A DNA stretch of 53,429 nt from a virus (lineage: Duplodnaviria > Caudoviricetes), in IMG/VR virus record IMGVR_UViG_3300048599_000234, positions 1 to 53,429 of that record; one strand, 5' to 3'. Positions 34,880-43,257 of the stretch are shown here, piece by piece. The translations under genes were made by a program, and so were the position numbers. How positions within the stretch are numbered: position 1 is the stretch's first letter; each line of letters begins with the position of its first letter. The notes beneath the pieces were generated by a model, which made no database searches, was not told the origin of the DNA, and saw only the letters and a list, made by a program, of their open reading frames with translations.

Positions 34880-35140
34880 TTACTCCGCTGCCTGAAGCGG
34901 GCTCGTTGCCCGCCGATTTTCGATGGCCTCCGCGAGCTCGCCGAGGCTGACGCAATCGGCGATGGAATGATCGAGCAGCCGGATGCCGAAATGCTGCTCG
35001 AGGTCGATCAGAAGCGCGATGCGCGGATGTTCGCTGTCGCCGCTCGGCAGCGCCGACAAGATCGTGTCCTCGCGCAAGGCGCTGCGATGGACGTGAAACC
35101 GGCGCGCGACCAGCGTGCGCATCTGGTCGAAGGTGGTCAT
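34880..35140 (-). CDS. Acyl-carrier-protein-like protein
   Basis: 86 aa; GDS motif followed by LLIDLEQHFGIRL.D...CVSLGEL, matching the ACP helix pattern. Confidence 0.65.
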   Translation of the reverse strand: MTTFDQMRTLVARRFHVHRSALREDTILSALPSGDSEHPRIALLIDLEQHFGIRLLDHSIADCVSLGELAEAIENRRATSPLQAAE

Positions 35141-35424
35141 CGCCGCGTGTTCCTCGAAAGGGTGGCCAGCGTGGCGACGCCTACCAACAGCGCCACGCCG
35201 ATCGCCGCCAGGTGGGGGTATGAGCCACCTGCCGGGATTGCGAAATTCTCGACGATGTCGTGAAGCAGCAGCGGATCGGCCGCGAGCCGCAAGGCTGCGA
35301 ACGAGGCGGACACGCCGGCGATCACCACCAGGGCGGTGGCGATCAGCCGGCGCGGGCCCACCGCGACAAGAGCCGGGCGCCGGTCGCGCAAGGGAGGAGC
35401 GGGGGGCAGGACTTGTACCTGCAT
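35137..35424 (-). CDS. Small membrane protein
   Basis: Two hydrophobic segments; start uncertain because it overlaps the tRNA-like element. Confidence 0.5.
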   Translation of the reverse strand: MQVQVLPPAPPLRDRRPALVAVGPRRLIATALVVIAGVSASFAALRLAADPLLLHDIVENFAIPAGGSYPHLAAIGVALLVGVATLATLSRNTRR

Positions 35425-35468
35425 CGTCGGGCGGGAACCCGCTGCTCTGTCGGTTGAGCTACCCCCGC
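35396..35468 (-). tRNA. Degenerate tRNA-Gly(CCC)-like element
   Basis: GCGGGGG TA GCTC AACCGACA GAGC A GCGGG TTCCCG CCCG ACGAT GCAGG TACAAGT CCTGC CCCCCGC TCC: perfect acceptor, D and T stems; aberrant loops. Confidence 0.6.
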
Positions 35469-35989
35469 GAAAGATCATGGCGCGTCTCCTCGAACGGAAA
35501 ATTCGGCAGGCGCGCGATCGACGGCCGCGGGTTGGCTTCCGTGGTTTCCTCGTCGCCGATCGCGCGCTTCGCCCGCATGCGGGCGATCTTCTCGGAGAGC
35601 GAGAGACGCGATACGACGCGCCCCGAGACAGTCCTTGAGATCTTGGTGTCGCGGCCTGCCGGCATCGGATGGCGGCCCTGGCCGGGACGTTTCAGGCCCA
35701 GATGGCGGGCGCGAATGCGGTTGGATTTCGCGAACATCGGGGTCACGACCTCGCATCCGTGTTTCAGGTTGCATGGCGCATGCGCGACGCCGACCGACTT
35801 GCCGCCGAACGACTTCGCCCGGCTCGGACAATGGCTTTCGTGCCAGGGCTCGTTTTCGTCGACGGGCAGCCCGCAGAGGTTGCAGACCGGCGTGCGCAGC
35901 CGGCCGTCGCTTTCCACATAGGCCTTGTGGACCTCGCGCGCCCACAAGGCCTCGCGCTTCTTCGAGCCGAATTTCGGGCGACAGGCCAT
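35459..35989 (-). CDS. HNH-like Zn-binding protein
   Basis: CNLCGLPV...WHESH...GG...VAHAPC. Confidence 0.68.
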   Translation of the reverse strand: MACRPKFGSKKREALWAREVHKAYVESDGRLRTPVCNLCGLPVDENEPWHESHCPSRAKSFGGKSVGVAHAPCNLKHGCEVVTPMFAKSNRIRARHLGLKRPGQGRHPMPAGRDTKISRTVSGRVVSRLSLSEKIARMRAKRAIGDEETTEANPRPSIARLPNFPFEETRHDLSRG

Positions 35990-35991
35990 GG

Positions 35992-36279
35992 TCAGAGCTC
36001 CCGCGCGGACAGCCCGCGCTCGATCAATTGGCGGATGGCTTCGGTGGTGGTGACGCTGGCGAACGCCGCGGCGCGATCGATGCGCGCGAAGGTGGCGTCG
36101 TCGACCCGCACCACGATGGTGCGGGTCAGACCTTTCGCCACGCCCTGAGCCGCTGCCTTGCGCGGACGGCCGGTCGGCTCGAGCCTCGGTTCGAGGCGCG
36201 GCTCGATCCGCAACTCGGGCTGCGGCAGCGGCTGGAAGCCGGCGAGACGGGCAAGGCGGCTCGCGAGGTTCATGATCAC
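35992..36279 (-). CDS. CopG/RHH-domain protein
   Basis: IVVRVDDATFARID...EAIRQLIERGL. Confidence 0.65.
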   Translation of the reverse strand: MIMNLASRLARLAGFQPLPQPELRIEPRLEPRLEPTGRPRKAAAQGVAKGLTRTIVVRVDDATFARIDRAAAFASVTTTEAIRQLIERGLSAREL

Positions 36280-36641
36280 GACCCCTGCGAGAGCATCGCC
36301 GCCGCGAGACGGCCGGTGCGGAATCGGCGCTGGCGCGAGGCGGCATTGCGATCGCGCGGCGCGCAGAAGCGCGGCCGGAATGGACCGGCGATCTGTCCTT
36401 TATCGGGGTCGAGATGCCTGACCAGGCCGAGGATGTCGTGGGCGAAGCAGAACGGGTCGGCGGCGAGCAGGCCGTCCAGGTTCAAGCGCTGGGCATTGCC
36501 ATGGCAGACCGTCAGCATGAGCTGAATGTCGAGTTCGCCCAGCCCCTCGGCCGACAGCGCCTGCAGATCGGCGATTGCGCGCCTGGCGATGGCGTGGATG
36601 GTGAGGCGCTCGGCGCGCGTCACGCGAAAGGAGAGGGGCAT
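36276..36641 (-). CDS. DUF6874-like protein, first gene of the leftward operon
   Basis: LDGLLAADPFCFAHDILGLVRHLD...F.PRF. Confidence 0.7.
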   Translation of the reverse strand: MPLSFRVTRAERLTIHAIARRAIADLQALSAEGLGELDIQLMLTVCHGNAQRLNLDGLLAADPFCFAHDILGLVRHLDPDKGQIAGPFRPRFCAPRDRNAASRQRRFRTGRLAAAMLSQGS

Positions 36642-36682
36642 GGGCGTTGTCCCGTCGCCCGGGGAATCGGGCTACGGGAAAA

Positions 36683-36734
36683 GTTACGTTAAACGCAACC
36701 TATGGTCAATTGAATAGTTACGTTTAACGTAACT
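36683..36734. promoter_or_regulatory. Left operators (OL) and PL
   Basis: 17-bp palindromes GTTACGTTAAACGCAAC (36683) and GTTACGTTTAACGTAAC (36717); minus-strand TTGACC at 36704-36709. Confidence 0.8.
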
Positions 36735-37188
36735 ATTTGAATTTGGCGTAATCGACTTCGACTGTGAAGGAGCCGGTCTTTAATTCCAGTTCAGGCAGGG
36801 CTTTTCCAACAATCATGCCCTGCCAGGCGATCCGGCGGTCCACACCGGTCTCCACGCATAACTTATCCACTTCGGCAAGCCATTCCATCGGCCGCCAAAA
36901 TACCAAGTCTAGCGGCTGCAACTTCGGGGCGTTCCGGGCGGGCACCAAAGCGTGATGTAGAAAGAAGTCCCTATTTCCTGCGATGAGAATGTCCGCCGTT
37001 TGATAGCCGTCGTCGCGCAACTCGATGCGGTGCCCGCGGACGAGTGCAAGCCGCATGAAATCAGGCCTTATCTCGGGCTCAAAAAACTCGCAGGCGTATT
37101 CGAATGCTGCCGAAGTGGATTTGAAAATTAAACTTGAAGGCAGAGATGGCCCTTTTTTGCGCCAGCTTAACCAGTCGCCCAAACCCAT
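36733..37188 (-). CDS. Hypothetical AT-richer gene co-transcribed with the repressor
   Basis: Starts 1 bp after the CI stop; rex-like position. Confidence 0.65.
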   Translation of the reverse strand: MGLGDWLSWRKKGPSLPSSLIFKSTSAAFEYACEFFEPEIRPDFMRLALVRGHRIELRDDGYQTADILIAGNRDFFLHHALVPARNAPKLQPLDLVFWRPMEWLAEVDKLCVETGVDRRIAWQGMIVGKALPELELKTGSFTVEVDYAKFK

Positions 37189-37189
37189 G

Positions 37190-37468
37190 TTATCTGACCG
37201 GGCGCGCCCGCCTTGGCGCAGGCTCTTGTCGATCCGCCTCGGACGGCGGCCGCGTGAGTAACACGCCAGGGTGGATGCCCAAGGCATCGGCGCAGGCTTC
37301 CAGGAAATCCTGCGTATATCCCTGCTTCAAGTCCTCGATTCGGGAGATCGAGGTCTTGGTGGTGCCGAGCATGTCGGCGAGCTGCTCCTGGGTGAATCCA
37401 CGAAATTCTCGCCATTCCCGGATGAAATGACGACGGCGACGCGACGGATTACCGATTCTTGGTGGCAT
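37190..37468 (-). CDS. CI-like XRE repressor (HTH only)
   Basis: FIREWREFRGFTQEQLADMLGTTKTSISRIE; divergent from the Cro-like gene. Confidence 0.85.
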   Translation of the reverse strand: MPPRIGNPSRRRRHFIREWREFRGFTQEQLADMLGTTKTSISRIEDLKQGYTQDFLEACADALGIHPGVLLTRPPSEADRQEPAPRRARPVR

Positions 37469-37500
37469 TCTGCAGGGTACCTGTGCTCCAGACGCCGGTC

Positions 37501-37553
37501 GTTATCGTCCAACGCAACGAATCCTTGACAAGGATGTTGCGTTAAACGTAACT
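37501..37553. promoter_or_regulatory. Right operators (OR) and PR
   Basis: GTTGCGTTAAACGTAAC (37536-37552), half-site AACGCAAC (37511), TTGACA at 37525. Confidence 0.8.
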
Positions 37554-37559
37554 CGACGT

Positions 37560-37826
37560 ATGGATGCGTCGGAGCACCCCATTCGCGCCTATCGCCTGGC
37601 ATTCGATCCACCCCTTCGACTGGAGGATCTGGCCGAGCGGCTGGAAACCACGAAAGCAAACCTTTCGCGGATCGAAACCGGAAAGCAGAAGCTGACGGAA
37701 GAGCTTCTGTTTAAGGCCGTCGCCGAGACTGGAATCTCGGCGAGGCACCTTCGCCCCGATCTGGCGAAACTGTTCTCACGGACCTCGCGCCGCGCTCGCC
37801 ATAGGCGAAGCCGCGCGGCAGCCTGA
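37560..37826 (+). CDS. Cro-like HTH protein
   Basis: LEDLAERLETTKANLSRIETG...LRPDL. Confidence 0.82.
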   Translation: MDASEHPIRAYRLAFDPPLRLEDLAERLETTKANLSRIETGKQKLTEELLFKAVAETGISARHLRPDLAKLFSRTSRRARHRRSRAAA

Positions 37827-37834
37827 GGGGCTGC

Positions 37835-38134
37835 CTAATGCGCCGTATCCCTCAACGAGACCACATTGTCGTTGGCGCCGATGCCGGCGGCGGGCAGCAG
37901 GCAGCGCATCATGGCGAACAGCGCGGCCGGCAGGTCCGCCAGCGGCCATTGGAGCGTGACCTCGACCACCTGCTGCTGCGACGCCTCGGGCAGATCGACC
38001 GGCGTATGCCGGCACGCCAGGTGGATGTAGAGCCAGCCGTCGATCAGCTCGATGCCGGCGATGGTGTTGCACGAGAATTTCTGCGGATGGACCGGCGCGA
38101 TCACGTTGGCAGCCGGCTTTACGATCCAGACCAT
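37835..38134 (-). CDS. Hypothetical protein
   Basis: MVWIVKP...; plausible globular 99-aa ORF. Confidence 0.5.
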   Translation of the reverse strand: MVWIVKPAANVIAPVHPQKFSCNTIAGIELIDGWLYIHLACRHTPVDLPEASQQQVVEVTLQWPLADLPAALFAMMRCLLPAAGIGANDNVVSLRDTAH

Positions 38135-38343
38135 GACGCTTCCCCCAAGGCGGGCTTGGTTGCCCTGCCGGCATTGTGAGGGAGAGCGCATGAGCTTCCG
38201 CAAGCGCAACTTCCGGCAGTGCGACGACTTGGCCACCCGCGCGCTTTCGCTTCAAATGCGCGCGGCGACCGAAAGCCTTCGGATACGCGCGCTGTCGTGC
38301 ATTCGACCGGGGCGGCGGGGGTTTTTCGCGAGCGAGTTGCGTC

Positions 38344-38634
38344 ATGGTTCGAGTGTTGAATGGGTTATCCACAGAGTCCCAAGGATTCGACGGCGGAATT
38401 CTTCCGAACGGTTCCGACCCGGAAGAAAACTTCCGGCCCGAACTGGTCGGCGAGGTCCTGCGCGTGATCTGGCGCAAGAAGACCGACGCCAAGGTCGCTT
38501 CCATCTGCAAATTTTCCGACCGCCAGGCGCGCGATGTCATGAACGGCACCGTGGCGATGCCGGCGGTGCTGCTTTCGGCGATCAATGCCGCGCTCGTGCG
38601 GCGCCCGGTTAAGCCAAAGCGCGCAAAAAACTAG
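38344..38634 (+). CDS. CII-position HTH-like protein
   Basis: KTDAKVASICKFSDRQARDVM; downstream of cro. Confidence 0.55.
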   Translation: MVRVLNGLSTESQGFDGGILPNGSDPEENFRPELVGEVLRVIWRKKTDAKVASICKFSDRQARDVMNGTVAMPAVLLSAINAALVRRPVKPKRAKN

Positions 38635-39183
38635 TCCGCCCTGTCCCTGTAGCGTCATGCGTCCCCGTCTTTTCCAGCCGCGAGGCCGTCATGCCGCTTT
38701 CTCCCGAAGATCTGTTTCCCAATGCGGTCGCGGCATCCGAGATTACCGCGACCGGCTTCATCGAGCGCCGGAGGCGGGTTGAGATTTTCGATGTTGAAGT
38801 CCGGGTGGTGATCGAAGCCGGAACGGTGTTTGTCCGGGAATTCTGGACAGGAACCGGTTCTCGCGTTCTCGATCTCACGCCGGACCAGGCCGTCCATGTC
38901 GGCAGGCTGCTGATCGCCGCGGGGACATCGCTCGGCGGCAGCCCGGGCGGCGCGGCTAGTGATCCAGACCCTTTCGAGCGGCCGGCGGAGGCGGTGCATC
39001 GATCCTGGCCAGTAACGCCCGAGCTAGCTGCGCGGCTTTCTCCGGGCTCATCCCGACCGCAATCGTCTCCAGCTCCCGCCGATCCAGCGCCTCCTGCGAC
39101 GTCGAAATCTGCATCAGAGCCGTGCGAGGCTGGCCATGCCGCCGAATTGCTGCGCGGCGAGCTGGTCGTCGAGGACACCCGCG

Positions 39184-39441
39184 TCAGCTGGTCCGTGCGG
39201 GCGGCAGCCGCGGGTCTAGAACTTCATCTGGTATCGCGTCGAGCGCTGCCCGAAGGCTGTTTAGTGCTTGCTCCACGATCGGGCGCAACGGCTCTGCTCT
39301 CCGATCTGAGCCAGATAGGAGTCCGGGCACGGGAATTGTTAGGTGAATGCTTCCGGCCGTTGTCGGCAGCTCGATGACGATCTGATCCGCGCCGGGATCG
39401 CCCGGCTCGGTCAGGTAATGGCAGAACGGCGTTGCGGTCAT
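39184..39441 (-). CDS. Hypothetical protein
   Basis: MTATPFCHY...; competes with the + strand ORF 38691..39377. Confidence 0.35.
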   Translation of the reverse strand: MTATPFCHYLTEPGDPGADQIVIELPTTAGSIHLTIPVPGLLSGSDRRAEPLRPIVEQALNSLRAALDAIPDEVLDPRLPPARTS

Positions 39442-39535
39442 GCCGCAGCGTGACCGCGATGCCGGCGGGAGTCGAATCCGCTCTGTGGATAGTTGCGTCC
39501 TGCGTTCTCCGTCTCCTCCGACCCTTGAGGCCGCC

Positions 39536-39814
39536 ATGTCGCCTTCTTTGCCGCTGTCACCGCGCAAGCCCGTTCCCGTCTGCAAGCCCGATCCCGCTCG
39601 CCCGAAGATGCGGCCGGTGATCCTGCGGCCCGAGGCGGTGGCGCAGGTGGGCGCGCTTTGCGCGCTCGACGGCGACGCCTTCGACGACGTGGTGCATGAC
39701 GCGATCGCGCTGCTCTACGATGGTAGCGAACATCGTATCGAGCGGCGGCCCGGGCCGCCCTCGTCCTGCGGCCAAGGGCAGGACGGGGGCGGCGAGGATC
39801 GGGGCCTCGCATGA
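39536..39814 (+). CDS. Hypothetical protein
   Basis: RBS GAGG; coupled to the next gene. Confidence 0.5.
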   Translation: MSPSLPLSPRKPVPVCKPDPARPKMRPVILRPEAVAQVGALCALDGDAFDDVVHDAIALLYDGSEHRIERRPGPPSSCGQGQDGGGEDRGLA

Positions 39815-39948
39815 TCGACGATCCGACCGAGGAGGCCCCCTGCTTCGCCTTTGAGACCGGCAAGGTGGCGGCGCTGATCCTCTTTCTCGCCGCGCTGACG
39901 CTGCTGGTGCTGTCGGCGTTCGATCTGTTCTGGCCGATCGCGGAGTAG
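39811..39948 (+). CDS. Small single-TM protein (45 aa)
   Basis: ATGA-coupled; VAALILFLAALTLLVLSAF. Confidence 0.5.
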   Translation: MIDDPTEEAPCFAFETGKVAALILFLAALTLLVLSAFDLFWPIAE

Positions 39949-39954
39949 GCCGGC

Positions 39955-40638
39955 ATGGATCTGTTCGACAAATGGCCGTTCGGTCCGCTGCAGCCGCACA
40001 GCTACGACTTGATCATGATCGATCCGCCCTGGCCGGTGCAGATGCGCTCGCCGAAGGGCGAGGCGAAGAGTTCGGTCAGCAAGTACGGCTCGATGACCTT
40101 CGAGGAAATCGAGCGGCTGCCGATCGGCAAGCTCGCCTCGCGCAATGCGGTGGTTTGGATGTGGGCGACGTGGCCGCTTATTTTCTATGGCGGGGACCCG
40201 CGAAGGCACTTTCGCGACCACGACGCTGCGGTGACGCCGATCGGCAAACTGCTGAAGGCGTGGGGGTCGCGCTACGTCACCGGCGGCGCCTGGTTCAAGC
40301 GGACGGTCACCGGCAAAGCGGCTTTCGGTACGGGCTATCGCTTCCGTTCGGCCTGCGAGCCCTATTTCATTGGCATCTGGGGCGCGCCGTTTACGACGCG
40401 CAAGGAGCGCAACGTCGTCGAAGGCCTGGCGCGCGAACATTCGCGCAAGCCCGAGGAGGCCTTCGCGTTGTGCGAGCGCTGGATGCCCGGCGCGCGCCGG
40501 GTCGAGTTGTTCTCGCGGCAGTCGCGGCCGGGCTGGGACACCTGGGGCTACGAGGCCGGCAAGTTCGATCCGGTGGTGACCGAGCAGGCGCTGCCGCTCA
40601 CGCAGAACGTCATTCCGTTTCCGGGGCGCGCGGCATGA
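39955..40638 (+). CDS. MT-A70 family adenine methyltransferase
   Basis: YDLIMIDPPW, GTGY, REHSRKP, VELFSR motifs. Confidence 0.92.
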   Translation: MDLFDKWPFGPLQPHSYDLIMIDPPWPVQMRSPKGEAKSSVSKYGSMTFEEIERLPIGKLASRNAVVWMWATWPLIFYGGDPRRHFRDHDAAVTPIGKLLKAWGSRYVTGGAWFKRTVTGKAAFGTGYRFRSACEPYFIGIWGAPFTTRKERNVVEGLAREHSRKPEEAFALCERWMPGARRVELFSRQSRPGWDTWGYEAGKFDPVVTEQALPLTQNVIPFPGRAA

Positions 40639-41780
40639 ACCGGCTGCCCGAAGCGCTCGCACAGGCCAAGGCCGAACGTCACCGGAAATGGTTCTGGTGC
40701 CGCAGCTGGAACGGCTTTGCCGATCTGCCGGCATGGCGGCTGGTGGCGACCAGGCTCGGACTGCCGGTGCATCAGGTGGTGGCCCTGGTCTACCGGCTCG
40801 ACAGCCTCGCCAACGCGGCCGAGCCGCGCGGCTATGTCGGAGAATTTAGCCCGGCCGAATTCGGGGCGGCGCTCGACATGCCGGCTTCGGACGCCGCCCG
40901 CATTTTCGAGGCGCTGTCGCACGATGACGTGCGCTGGATCGACGGCGAACACCTCGCCACCTTCCACAAGCGCAATCCCGACCGCGAGGACCTCGACGCG
41001 GCCTCGCGTCAGCGCCGGTCGCGCGCCCGCAAGGAAATCAAGGGTCGCCTGGAGAAGCTGCACCGCATGGGCATGATTGCAGAGGCGACCCGGTGGCAGC
41101 TGGTCGGCACGCTCGACGATCTGCCCGACGACGCGCTGACGCAGCTTCTCCACAGGCTCCGGCGCGGCCAGCTCTCCGGGCTCAAATTGTCCACAGAAGG
41201 GCTGTCACATGTGACACCGGCGGCCGAGTTGTCCACAGCCGACATGTCACGCATGTCACATGTGACACGTTGTGACATTGTGACAGTCACGCCCAGAGCA
41301 GATGACAGTTTGATCTCTCCGCCTGTGGACAAGTCTGGTGACGGCGCCAGCGGCGAAACCGGCGGGCCGCCGAAGGGCGCAAGCGCAGCGCCGCCGGCGC
41401 AAATGTCCACAGACGAGCGCGAGGCGGCTGTTCGCTGGCTCGATACCGAAGGCGTCCGGATCGTCACCGAGCGCACGCTGTGGCAGCCCGGCCGGGCCGC
41501 CACCAACGTGGAACGCTGGGGCCGCGACCTCGACGATCCGATGGCGCTGGTCGCGATCATCCTCGGCGCCGACGGTGCGGACCTGACCGGCGCGCGCTTT
41601 CACGTCTCGGTCACCGACCAGCTCGACCGCGCCTTGCGCGCCAGGTCGCAAGGGTTGCCGCTGCCGCTGCCGCCGGTGCCGATCGGCCGCCCATCCGCAC
41701 CAAAACCCGAACAGCCTGCGAGTGTCGCGACGGCGGACGAGCCTTCCGCACTCGATCCGCTTCGCAAGCTCGCAGGCTGA
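40635..41780 (+). CDS. Replication initiator-like protein
   Basis: ATGA-coupled; N-terminal winged-helix-like region, AASRQRRSR, internal DNA repeats; lambda O position. Confidence 0.65.
   Translation: MNRLPEALAQAKAERHRKWFWCRSWNGFADLPAWRLVATRLGLPVHQVVALVYRLDSLANAAEPRGYVGEFSPAEFGAALDMPASDAARIFEALSHDDVRWIDGEHLATFHKRNPDREDLDAASRQRRSRARKEIKGRLEKLHRMGMIAEATRWQLVGTLDDLPDDALTQLLHRLRRGQLSGLKLSTEGLSHVTPAAELSTADMSRMSHVTRCDIVTVTPRADDSLISPPVDKSGDGASGETGGPPKGASAAPPAQMSTDEREAAVRWLDTEGVRIVTERTLWQPGRAATNVERWGRDLDDPMALVAIILGADGADLTGARFHVSVTDQLDRALRARSQGLPLPLPPVPIGRPSAPKPEQPASVATADEPSALDPLRKLAG
41146..41412. repeat. Putative replication origin: TGTCAC/GTGACA iterons and DnaA-box-like sites
   Basis: TGTCACATGTGACA at 41203 and 41254, further half-sites at 41245, 41271, 41279; TTGTCCACAG at 41187, 41229 and inverted at 41323. 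Confidence 0.72.
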
Positions 41781-41794
41781 CCACGGAGAGGACC

Positions 41795-42211
41795 ATGATC
41801 GAACCCACCAGCAAGGACGTGAATCGCCGCGTGGTGTTTCACCGCGACGACGGCTCCTCGGTCGACGGCCTGATCGCTGGCTTCGACGCCGAATTCGTGT
41901 CGGTCACGATCGCCGGCGCCACCCTGAAGCTGCGGCGCGAACAGCTGCAATGGCCGCTCGATCGCCACCGCAATCCGAACGCGGAATCGGCGCGCTCGAT
42001 GCTGATGCGCGAGAATATCGCCATCGTCGAAGTCGACGAGCATCACTGGAAGGTGTCGGATCCGAACGCGCCCTGGTGCTTCCTGTTCTGGCCGATGACC
42101 GGCTTCTGGCGCTGGCCAGACGGCACGACCGGCGGCGGCGGGGTCCGCAACCTGGTCAATGCCGTCAAGGGCCATCGCCTGAAGCTCGAAAGCATGCGGC
42201 CAACCGGCTGA
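41795..42211 (+). CDS. Hypothetical protein
   Basis: RBS GGAGAGG; FWPMTGFWR motif. Confidence 0.65.
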   Translation: MIEPTSKDVNRRVVFHRDDGSSVDGLIAGFDAEFVSVTIAGATLKLRREQLQWPLDRHRNPNAESARSMLMRENIAIVEVDEHHWKVSDPNAPWCFLFWPMTGFWRWPDGTTGGGGVRNLVNAVKGHRLKLESMRPTG

Positions 42212-42310
42212 CCGGGCTTGTCTTTTGCTTCAGGGTTGTTCCCTAAGCGATTGACACGTTTGGCGTTTATCGTCGCCATGGCCTATGGTCCGCCGGACCA
42301 GGGGAGGGCC

Positions 42311-42589
42311 ATGCTGGTCCGATTCGCCGATGCCGCCGAAGGCCTGCAGGATCTCGCGCGCTGGGAGCGCCAGCGCCTCGAGCTCATGCAATTGCTCGCC
42401 GTCCGCGGCCATGTCGCGCCGCCGCCGGACGAGGCCTTTGCCGGCTGGCGCGCCCGCCTGGTCCGGGTCGAAGCCGGCGCGCGAATCCTGAAAATCCTGG
42501 TGCCGCACGAAGCCGCGGTGCGGGCGCTCGATCCGAAGCTCGCCGAGACCGTCGAGGTGCCGGCAATGGGCGCCACCTGGCCGTCCTGA
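42311..42589 (+). CDS. Hypothetical protein
   Basis: RBS GGAGG. Confidence 0.55.
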   Translation: MLVRFADAAEGLQDLARWERQRLELMQLLAVRGHVAPPPDEAFAGWRARLVRVEAGARILKILVPHEAAVRALDPKLAETVEVPAMGATWPS

Positions 42590-42634
42590 TGCGTCGTTAA
42601 CATTCCGGAAGGCATGCGGCGCGAATCTGCGTGC

Positions 42635-42994
42635 ATGTCCGGGATCGTGTTGCGTGCGGACAGCCATCACCTGGTCTTCCTGCTGCCGGCGCTGATCCTG
42701 CTGCCGCCCGGGCGGCATTCGCCTTGCCTGCATGGCTGCACGCTCGATGTGAAGCCGGGCGGCGTGGTCGAGATCCAGGGCCCGTCCCGTGACGTGGTGT
42801 TCGCGCAGGCCACGCGATTCCTGAAGCCGCACCTGAAGGACCGGCCGGCCTTCGAGATTTCCGCAACCCTGAGAACGCCATGCCGCGATCGCTTCGAGCG
42901 TCACTTCCACCGCAGCGATCGCTGGTCGATCCTGTGCAATGCCGGCATCGCCTTCGCGCCCACCGCGATGCCCTCCGTGTTGGCGGCCGGTTAA
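42635..42994 (+). CDS. Hypothetical protein
   Basis: GC3-rich ORF. Confidence 0.5.
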   Translation: MSGIVLRADSHHLVFLLPALILLPPGRHSPCLHGCTLDVKPGGVVEIQGPSRDVVFAQATRFLKPHLKDRPAFEISATLRTPCRDRFERHFHRSDRWSILCNAGIAFAPTAMPSVLAAG

Positions 42995-43059
42995 CCACGC
43001 GCGCGCGATCGGCTTGTCGATCGGCCGCAACCTGCCAAGCTCGCCGCGCGGGGAATGAG

Positions 43060-43254
43060 ATGACCAACCATCGCGGCTTGAGCGTGCGCCAGCGCGCGGC
43101 TTTGGCGCGCCTGCTGTCGCGCGTGCTGACCACGCCCGGGATCGATCCGGAAACCGAACGCCGCGCCAAGTGGCTGAAGGATCATCTGGAAGGCCGCGAC
43201 CCGCTGCAGGCGATCGACCGGCTGCTGCTCCAGCGATTCACGCGGGCGGCGTGA
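43060..43254 (+). CDS. Hypothetical protein
   Basis: GC3-rich ORF directly upstream of 43258. Confidence 0.5.
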   Translation: MTNHRGLSVRQRAALARLLSRVLTTPGIDPETERRAKWLKDHLEGRDPLQAIDRLLLQRFTRAA

Positions 43255-43257
43255 CCC

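Noticed and set aside
36674-36693. Possible self-target of the array: AC.GG.AA.GT matches next to OL
   Set aside because: Only 8 fixed bases match, which is expected about 1.6 times by chance on both strands of 53 kb under uniform composition, and the flanking dinucleotides do not match in register.
38691-39377. 228-aa + strand ORF as one gene
   Set aside because: The N-terminus is plausible, but the rest is low-complexity and overlaps competing minus-strand ORFs; it cannot be resolved by eye.
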